A DNA stretch of 47,278 nucleotides from a virus (taxonomy: Duplodnaviria > Caudoviricetes). The notes under the pieces are model-generated. The model saw only the letters and a list, made by a program, of their open reading frames with translations. It had not been told where the DNA came from and ran no database searches. A program made the position numbers and the translations under genes. Below are positions 28,480-34,516 of this stretch, piece by piece. The DNA lies in the IMG/VR virus record IMGVR_UViG_3300047403_000022, positions 1 through 47,278 of that record; one strand, written 5' to 3'. Every line of letters begins with the position of its first letter. Position 1 is the stretch's first letter.

Positions 28480-28496
28480 TCACGGCCTTATACAGG
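28480..28496 (+). promoter_or_regulatory. Candidate phage RNAP promoter, copy at the right end
   Basis: TCACGGCCTTATACAGG, identical to 35332-35348 and followed by purine-rich CAGAGGGAAGGG. Confidence 0.6.
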
Positions 28497-28850
28497 CAGA
28501 GGGAAGGGTGGACCCAAAGCCTGGAGGGGAAGACATCCAAGACAAACAAGTTGTCTTGTTTAATCTTCCCCTTTATAATGTCCCTGGAGAAGGACATTCT
28601 GTAAGTACATCCACTAAACGACACACATTCCACTAACTCCTGAATCCAGTGAAACCAGATGGTACTCGGGGCCTAGCGAAGCGCCACTCCGAAGGAGTCT
28701 TCTCCATCTAATTACTACTTATACTACTGTTAGGAGAATGGTAATAACTCCTCTCCACTACCCTTTAATGATCTTGATACATGATGTCCTTAATGGTACA
28801 GCCATTTAGTAGTACCATCAGTGACATCCCTTATCATACAGTCTAGAACA

Positions 28851-29045
28851 ATGAGTAGAACATACCGTAAACAACCTACCTACATCTTTAGACCTGTTAA
28901 GACACACAATGAACAAAAACAAGTACGTGTGTCAAAAAACTTTTATGATGAGGATTATGATGTAAAGATTCGAAATCGTTATATCCCAACATTTTATGAT
29001 GACATCCGTCCTTCATCTTACCAACAACTAGACCACCACCAATGA
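28851..29045 (+). CDS. Small basic hypothetical protein (MSRTYRK...)
   Basis: ATG at 28851; its stop overlaps the thyX start (ATGA). Confidence 0.65.
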   Translation: MSRTYRKQPTYIFRPVKTHNEQKQVRVSKNFYDEDYDVKIRNRYIPTFYDDIRPSSYQQLDHHQ

Positions 29046-29674
29046 CCCATAGCGTAAAGCTTGTACACATCACTCCTAACGCTGAACAACTCATTGCCTA
29101 TATGGCTAGAGTCTCTAACCCAGCTAATCAAGATAACACTACGACTAGTGCTAAACTGATTAAATATCTTATTGACCATAAGCATTGGTCTCCGTTTGAG
29201 ATGGTGAATATGTGTGTAGAGATAGAGACCACTAGGAGTATAGCAGCACAGATATTGAGGCATAGAAGCTTTAGCTTTCAAGAGTTTAGTCAGAGGTATG
29301 CAGAGGTTAGTGTTCCAGCTAGTGTTCCTGAGCTTAGACGACAAGATGTCAAGAATAGACAGAATAGTATTGATGACTTAGGTAGTGAGTTAGTGTCTGA
29401 TTATCAGTATCAGATCAACGCCTTATTTGATCAAGCAGAAATGCTGTATAAGAACATGGTGGCTGATGGTGTAGCAAAGGAGTGTGCTAGGGAAGTGTTA
29501 CCACTAGCTACTCCGACAAGGTTGTATATGAATGGTACAGTTAGGTCTTGGATTCATTATTGTCAGCTTAGGTGTGGGAATGGTACACAGAAAGAACACC
29601 AGATGATTGCTAGAAATGCCTACAAGCTCCTAGAAGAGCACTTACCTAATGTTTGTGTGTCTTTAGATGTTTGA
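29042..29674 (+). CDS. thyX: Flavin-dependent thymidylate synthase
   Basis: HWSPFE, QILRHRSFSFQEFSQRY (RHRx7S motif), ECAREVLP and TQKEH. Confidence 0.96.
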   Translation: MTHSVKLVHITPNAEQLIAYMARVSNPANQDNTTTSAKLIKYLIDHKHWSPFEMVNMCVEIETTRSIAAQILRHRSFSFQEFSQRYAEVSVPASVPELRRQDVKNRQNSIDDLGSELVSDYQYQINALFDQAEMLYKNMVADGVAKECAREVLPLATPTRLYMNGTVRSWIHYCQLRCGNGTQKEHQMIARNAYKLLEEHLPNVCVSLDV

Positions 29675-29680
29675 TTAGTT

Positions 29681-29716
29681 AGAGGGTCCTTCTAGGTCAT
29701 TCTGGAGGGACCTTTA
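29681..29716 (+). terminator. Terminator-like hairpin after thyX
   Basis: AGGGTCCTTCTAG pairs with CTGGAGGGACCT, followed by TTAATTTT. Confidence 0.65.
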
Positions 29717-30277
29717 ATTTTCAACATAAATTTAAGAAGGCATATATCGACAGATGGACACCGCAGTTCCCCCCATAGGGCTAGTCGAAGCTACCAAGGA
29801 CGCCACGCTAGATATGCAATCTAACTATCACTACTAGTTATTCTCAATAACCATTGTCTTATTGCAATAGCGGAGCGTTGGCTTATTGAGAATCGTTCTC
29901 AATAACAATGAAAGTATCTGTCTGCCCCTCCTATTAATTCGTATCACCACACCACCTGATACGAACTCATATCACCAGTCATACCAATACATCTCAGCCG
30001 TACACACAACGTATTCACAAACTGTGCTCACTACGTTCACACTCACGCAACTAACACAAACTCACATACTCGTATTCTCAATAAACCCGGCTTATTGACA
30101 ATCCAACTAATTATCAACAATCCTGGAAATTGAGCAGCTCGACAAAACCTGCATCAGACCTTCGACCTTTCATGCATTGGCTAGTACATGAGTAGTACAT
30201 GACCATACAGTAAGCATACATAAGCAGCGCTGATGGCTATACTTAAGGGGCTACACGGATCCACTGGGTTCTTGGGA
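29717..30277. other. Non-coding region probably containing the physical genome ends / terminal repeat
   Basis: Lies between the late (terL/thyX) and early genes, where T7-like genomes are linearised; no credible ORF. Confidence 0.6.
29838..30102. repeat. Cluster of TTATTGAGAA / TTCTCAATAA half-sites including one full palindrome
   Basis: Copies at 29838-29850, 29860-29869 (variant), 29883-29905 (TTATTGAGAA-TCG-TTCTCAATAA), 30073-30084 and 30092-30102. Confidence 0.85.
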
Positions 30278-30306
30278 TTGACACATCCTGTCCACCATGG
30301 TATAGT
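30278..30306 (+). promoter_or_regulatory. Host sigma70-type early promoter
   Basis: TTGACA-17 nt-TATAGT with an extended -10 TG; upstream of the early genes. Confidence 0.88.
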
Positions 30307-30312
30307 AGGTTC

Positions 30313-30575
30313 ATCGGTGGGGGATGGGCGATGCGGCTCACACACCAACTGCACATAGACAACTTAATATCAGGCTCGTCATAAGACGGAACTAGCGGAG
30401 CGAGCGATCCCGCGAAGTGTAGATAGCGTGCTTCAGTACGCAATATGGTTGCAACCCGACCAGACACTACGAGCGTGTTACCTAAACTAATAGTGCAGAG
30501 CCACATGCACTTTAAATAATTGATCATGGCATTACTGCTGCAGTCTGAGGTGAAAGCGATACTCAGTGCGGCTTC
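30313..30575 (+). ncRNA. Structured early leader / candidate ncRNA (possibly Cyano-2-like)
   Basis: Five hairpins in about 260 non-coding nt after the promoter; two distant stem-loops carry GCGA in the loop. Confidence 0.4.
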
Positions 30576-30598
30576 TTGTCCACTAACACACACAAGTG

Positions 30599-30832
30599 AT
30601 GTATCAACTTACTCAATTTGAGCAAAGTGTCCGGGACATTGTTGAAGAAGCCACGGGATACACCATCACTAAGGACTTTGACAGTGATGAGGATTGCTAT
30701 TACTACAACCTCATTGATCAATACGGTGATGTCGATGGTGATCCCTTCTATGACTTTGATGATGTGCTGGACTATGTAGAGAACAACGACCAAGTAGCAG
30801 ATGAACTCCAGATGCTGCTTTCTATGGTTTGA
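30599..30832 (+). CDS. Early acidic hypothetical protein
   Basis: First ORF after the leader; very D/E/Y-rich. Confidence 0.75.
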   Translation: MYQLTQFEQSVRDIVEEATGYTITKDFDSDEDCYYYNLIDQYGDVDGDPFYDFDDVLDYVENNDQVADELQMLLSMV

Positions 30833-30847
30833 CCTGTACACTAACGA

Positions 30848-31132
30848 ATGCTTATGAATACATATCAACTATTTATGGGTCGTGATATTCCATCTGGAGG
30901 CTATGTCACTGATGATGACTTCAACAAGTTCCTTCACATCGTAGACACGATCGTTGATGGATACACAGTTCAAGATGTTCAAGGTGTATGGCTTGGTGAA
31001 CATGAAGACACCAAGTTAATGACTGTCTTTGCTGATGAAGACAAGGTGTATGAGATAGCTCGTACATACAAGACTGCCTTTAATCAACAGGCAGTAGCTG
31101 TTCAATGTCTACCTGCTATGGAGTTCGTATGA
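30848..31132 (+). CDS. DUF3574-like protein
   Basis: LFMGRDIP.GG.V....F..FL, GYTV.D..G.W, E.TK and YK.AF.Q.AV. Confidence 0.7.
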   Translation: MLMNTYQLFMGRDIPSGGYVTDDDFNKFLHIVDTIVDGYTVQDVQGVWLGEHEDTKLMTVFADEDKVYEIARTYKTAFNQQAVAVQCLPAMEFV

Positions 31133-31686
31133 CCACTACACAACCATTCATGCTTACTGGCGACACTCTTGTTCAATTCGTTAATGAGCGAAAGGACCTC
31201 ATTGATAGAGGTGAGCTGACTCGCACTGACCTTATCAAGGACGCTGGCTACCTCAATAGCAATGGTACTGCTGCTTATGTTGACTTCTACACTGAGTTAC
31301 TTCGTGCTAAGGGTGTAACACCTGTGACTGATACTGATGTCAACAACACTGCCTATGATGATCTCGACTCAGACACTAAAGCTCTCTACGATGCAGTAGA
31401 TGATCGCCTTGGTGAGAAGTGGAATCATGAGGACATGATGTTATTCCTTGAGCATCTCTCTGAGGAGTGCGACATCACCACTGCTGATGAGTTCAATGAC
31501 AACTTTGAGGGTGTCTATGACTCTGAGGAAGAGTTTGCTGTGAATTGGGTGGCTGATGTCATGAATGCACAGATCCCTGAATGTGTGTACCACTGCATTG
31601 ACTGGGATGCAGTATGGAACCGTGAGTTGAGGTACGACTTCGACTCGTTTGATTTCCAATACGATACCTACATATTCCGTAAATGA
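31129..31686 (+). CDS. Fusion of a cyanobacterial AbrB-like N-terminal domain and an ArdA-like acidic antirestriction domain
   Basis: N-terminal MLTG..LV...TRTDLIKDAGY...DFYTELLRAKG; C-terminal FEGVYDSEEEFA...IDWDAVW.RELRYDF. Confidence 0.68.
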   Translation: MTTTQPFMLTGDTLVQFVNERKDLIDRGELTRTDLIKDAGYLNSNGTAAYVDFYTELLRAKGVTPVTDTDVNNTAYDDLDSDTKALYDAVDDRLGEKWNHEDMMLFLEHLSEECDITTADEFNDNFEGVYDSEEEFAVNWVADVMNAQIPECVYHCIDWDAVWNRELRYDFDSFDFQYDTYIFRK

Positions 31687-31838
31687 AAGTCAATACAGTA
31701 CGTTTACTTGAGCACTGCATTGATGAAGGCATCAAGGATGCACTTGATATGGATGACTATGAACGATTAGCTGACAAGCTTAGCAACTTCATATGGTTGC
31801 AACTTGATTACTACTTTAACTTTGAGGATAACAACTAA
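31683..31838 (+). CDS. Small early hypothetical protein (51 aa)
   Basis: Hand-translated MKVNTVRLLEHCIDEG...FEDNN; overlaps neighbours via ATGA and TAATG. Confidence 0.65.
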   Translation: MKVNTVRLLEHCIDEGIKDALDMDDYERLADKLSNFIWLQLDYYFNFEDNN

Positions 31839-32008
31839 TGGCTAAAGCTCTCACTGACGTACAACGTAAGCTGCGCCTTGAGTTGGTTGATCTAGCTGCT
31901 CAAGGTATCCGTACTCAAGGTACAGCTGGTTACTATGACCAAGCACAGATTGAGTACCTTACTGAACAGCTTGGTCGTGTTGCTAAATTCCTTCGCATTA
32001 AAGATTGA
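31838..32008 (+). CDS. Small early hypothetical protein (56 aa)
   Basis: Hand-translated MAKALTDVQRKLRLE...LRIKD; GAGGA RBS; coupled start and stop. Confidence 0.7.
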   Translation: MAKALTDVQRKLRLELVDLAAQGIRTQGTAGYYDQAQIEYLTEQLGRVAKFLRIKD

Positions 32009-32244
32009 TGAAACTCTCCATCCCAACATCTGAAGATATGGGCTACAACCTATATCTCTTCATCAGTAGCTATGTCGTCCCTGTTGTTGTCTTTATGTAT
32101 ACAGCAGGGGCTATGGCTGGTGAAGTTTATTTCACACTCATAGCGCCGTCTATTACACGCACTTACAAATCATGTACTACAACCCTGCAACTGAATCCGC
32201 TGTTCGTACCATCGAAGCTCTCGCTGCACAAAACCGTAAGGTAA
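32008..32244 (+). CDS. Early hypothetical membrane protein
   Basis: Coupled TGATG start; hydrophobic central segment. Confidence 0.5.
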   Translation: MKLSIPTSEDMGYNLYLFISSYVVPVVVFMYTAGAMAGEVYFTLIAPSITRTYKSCTTTLQLNPLFVPSKLSLHKTVR

Positions 32245-32336
32245 TTGAGAAACTGAACCCTCCTACTCCTAATAACATTGTATGGAGTGTTACTGAGGGA
32301 CGTTGGGTAAATAACCAACAGCTTGCTACTGCCTGA
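32172..32336 (+). CDS. Small early hypothetical protein (54 aa)
   Basis: Hand-translated MYYNPATESAVRTIE...QLATA; codon usage typical of this phage. Confidence 0.55.
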   Translation: MYYNPATESAVRTIEALAAQNRKVIEKLNPPTPNNIVWSVTEGRWVNNQQLATA

Positions 32337-32347
32337 ACTATCCACTA

Positions 32348-32491
32348 ATGAAGGAATACGAAGTCACTCTTACGTCTGGTACTTGGTATCTCATAGCTAA
32401 AGACTCTGAAGCTGCTGCATGGGCAGCATTATCACTTGCTCAAGATAGCAATGAACGACTAATTAATGTACGCCTAGCGGAGGAATGGTAA
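32348..32491 (+). CDS. Small early hypothetical protein (47 aa)
   Basis: Hand-translated MKEYEVTLTSGTWYLIAKDSEAAAWAAL...EEW. Confidence 0.65.
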   Translation: MKEYEVTLTSGTWYLIAKDSEAAAWAALSLAQDSNERLINVRLAEEW

Positions 32492-32800
32492 TTGGCTAAG
32501 AAAGAGTATTATCCTAATAATTGGCAGCAATATAAAGACTCACCAGATGAACATTTCATTCCTCATACGTTTGAGGAAGTTATGTCGTGGAAGGTAGGCC
32601 AATGGGAGCTGCCAAGTTCTGTATGTTGCATTATACGTTGGCAAGATGCAACAACTAAGCAGGTCTTAGGTGAACGCTCTTACAGCAAACACAGAGCAGC
32701 ACAAGCAAAAATTAATCAGCTTATTAACTCACCAAACATCGAGTTTACCGTTGCTGATCATCAAGCAATTCACTTTCTCTACCCACAAGATAATGACTGA
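32492..32800 (+). CDS. Cyanopodovirus-type early protein
   Basis: YYPNNWQ.YKD.PDE.F...TFEE.M.WK...WELPSSV.CIIR; TTG start with GGAGG RBS. Confidence 0.8.
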   Translation: MAKKEYYPNNWQQYKDSPDEHFIPHTFEEVMSWKVGQWELPSSVCCIIRWQDATTKQVLGERSYSKHRAAQAKINQLINSPNIEFTVADHQAIHFLYPQDND

Positions 32801-32933
32801 AGCTACTTACAACCGTCTGTTGCAACAACTGATTAAGGAAATTAGTGAACACCCATATCGTGACGAACTGTTGCAGCTTATGCAGGACCAGAATGCAGAT
32901 GATACAGTTGTACTATCTACATCATATGTATGA
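32793..32933 (+). CDS. Small early hypothetical protein
   Basis: MTEATYNRLLQQLIKEISEHPYRDELLQLM. Confidence 0.65.
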   Translation: MTEATYNRLLQQLIKEISEHPYRDELLQLMQDQNADDTVVLSTSYV

Positions 32934-33068
32934 CGCTCCTCTATTTACATGATTGGCTTTACATCGGCTGGCACAGGTACAGCGTATGGGGCTTTCACGT
33001 AAAGAACTGCAACATTCTTGTCCACATGGGTAGACTTGATCTAAGCTTAGCTTGGTCACCTAGATCCA

Positions 33069-33422
33069 ATGGATCCTCTCAGACGCCAACTAACAGACCC
33101 AAGTCTATTGGGACTGTCCAAGATCATTGATCTATTCCGCCTGATGGATCGTGAGGTACCAGCTCAAGTCATTATGACCTTCTTGTACATTGCCGCACAC
33201 GACAACTGCCACAAACAGGCATTGGAAGAAGATCTAAACATGACAACAGCTAGTGGATCACGGAACACGGATTGGTTATCCGACCATCATCGTCTCAATA
33301 AACCTGGACTTGGACTTATCATTAAATCTCAGGATCCAGTTAATCGTAGACGAATAGTGCTGAAGCTTTCTCAAAAGGGAAGGCTTCTAATCAACGCTAT
33401 CAAGGACGCTCTTGATGACTGA
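33069..33422 (+). CDS. MarR-like winged-helix transcriptional regulator
   Basis: FLYIA, LEEDL.MTTASGSRNTDWL and GLI.K..DP.NRRR..L.LS.KG; directly upstream of int. Confidence 0.82.
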   Translation: MDPLRRQLTDPSLLGLSKIIDLFRLMDREVPAQVIMTFLYIAAHDNCHKQALEEDLNMTTASGSRNTDWLSDHHRLNKPGLGLIIKSQDPVNRRRIVLKLSQKGRLLINAIKDALDD

Positions 33423-34275
33423 ACTACGTACCTGGGGTCAAGCTCTTGACTACACATTCAAAACAAGACATTCATGGAGACATGGAAACGGAGCTAAAAC
33501 TGCTGCAATCAATGCAGGCCATTTCACAAGGATTAGAGGACTTAGCTTCCCTGTTAGCAGAATCACCCAACCAATCATTAATGAGGTCAGCTCAGAACTT
33601 GAAGATGAAGGCAAGTCAGATGCAACTATCAATCGAGTCGTGTCTGCTGTCTCTACCGTACTTAACCACTGTGCCTTCGATGGACTGATCCCTGCACCAG
33701 CAAAGTTCAGGAGGCGTAAGGAGCATGAAGGACGCATCACATTCTACACAAAGGATGAGGTGAACCAGCTCTACTACGCAGCTCTTGACCCATTCATGCG
33801 TAATGATGCAGCCGATATTGTTGTCGTTGCTGCATACACAGGCATGAGGCAAGGTGAACTCTTAAAGCTTAAAGCTAAAGATGTTGACCTAGGTCTGAAT
33901 GTTATTCACGTTGGAGGACGACCTGACGTACAGACTAAGGCTGGTAACTACCGAAGTATTCCTATTCACAATCACATAGGTGATACTTTGACTAGGCGCA
34001 TCAATAACATCAAACCTAACGTACCCATCTTTGGTGATGAGTGGAATGACAAAGACCAACTGTTAAGAGTCTTTAAAAAGCTAAATCGTTACATTGGTAA
34101 GGATGAGTCTTATGTGTTTCATACACTAAGGCATAGCTTTGGTACTTGGTGTGCTGAGGCAGGGGTCCCTATACGCACCATTATGGACCTTATGGGACAT
34201 AAGCGTATTGAGACCACATTACGGTACGCCAAGACCACTGACAAGGCCCGTACAGAGGCTCTAGCCCTCATCTAG
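33415..34275 (+). CDS. int: Tyrosine integrase
   Basis: All catalytic residues visible: TGMRQGEL (R), TKAG (K), HTLRH, MGH and TLRY. Confidence 0.95.
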   Translation: MTELRTWGQALDYTFKTRHSWRHGNGAKTAAINAGHFTRIRGLSFPVSRITQPIINEVSSELEDEGKSDATINRVVSAVSTVLNHCAFDGLIPAPAKFRRRKEHEGRITFYTKDEVNQLYYAALDPFMRNDAADIVVVAAYTGMRQGELLKLKAKDVDLGLNVIHVGGRPDVQTKAGNYRSIPIHNHIGDTLTRRINNIKPNVPIFGDEWNDKDQLLRVFKKLNRYIGKDESYVFHTLRHSFGTWCAEAGVPIRTIMDLMGHKRIETTLRYAKTTDKARTEALALI

Positions 34276-34293
34276 GCGTGACTACTGGTCACC

Positions 34294-34302
34294 TGCTACA
34301 CT
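34294..34302 (+). promoter_or_regulatory. Extended -10 promoter candidate upstream of the attP core
   Basis: TG-C-TACACT. Confidence 0.4.
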
Positions 34303-34359
34303 CCTTTCACAGCCGATCAGAGCTGCCTCTCAGGTAGGACTCATCGCTGGAATCCACAC

Positions 34360-34398
34360 GCGGATGTGGCGGAATTGGTAGACGCGCTAGTTTCAGGT
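34360..34398 (+). other. attP core: 5' half of tRNA-Leu(CAG), not a complete tRNA
   Basis: GCGGATGTGGCGGAATTGGTAGACGCGCTAGTTTCAGGT covers the acceptor 5' strand, D-arm and anticodon loop; tRNA similarity stops there; directly after int. Confidence 0.85.
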
Positions 34399-34423
34399 TC
34401 TTTAGTGGATAATGTCCACTTAT

Positions 34424-34462
34424 GGTAGCTATTGGCTCGAACCCAGTGGCTACCTTTATTTT
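34424..34462 (+). terminator. Intrinsic terminator between attP and the RNAP gene
   Basis: GGTAGCTATTGG pairs with CCAGTGGCTACC, followed by TTTATTTT. Confidence 0.7.
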
Positions 34463-34516
34463 CGGGACTATCCACTATGGTACAGATTGTACACCCGTAT
34501 CTAGCGAGGAATTTAT

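Noticed and set aside
29886-30593. ORFs 29886-30098 (+) and 30243-30593 (-)
   Set aside because: They overlap palindromes, the promoter and the RNA hairpins, have atypical composition and no RBS; region treated as non-coding.
32930-33130. 66-aa ORF before the MarR-like gene
   Set aside because: The ATGA coupling is suggestive, but it overlaps the next gene by 62 nt and has no recognisable motif; left uncalled.
34360-34445. Complete tRNA-Leu gene
   Set aside because: The 3' anticodon stem, variable arm, T-arm (GTTCRA) and acceptor 3' strand are missing; treated as an attP core.
34486-34500. Syn5-like promoter ATTGTACACCCGTAT (12/15 to ATTGGGCACCCGTAA), with GGCACCCGTAA at 42348
   Set aside because: The two sites share only CACCCGTA and the second lies in coding sequence; the exact 17-nt repeat is a much better promoter candidate.
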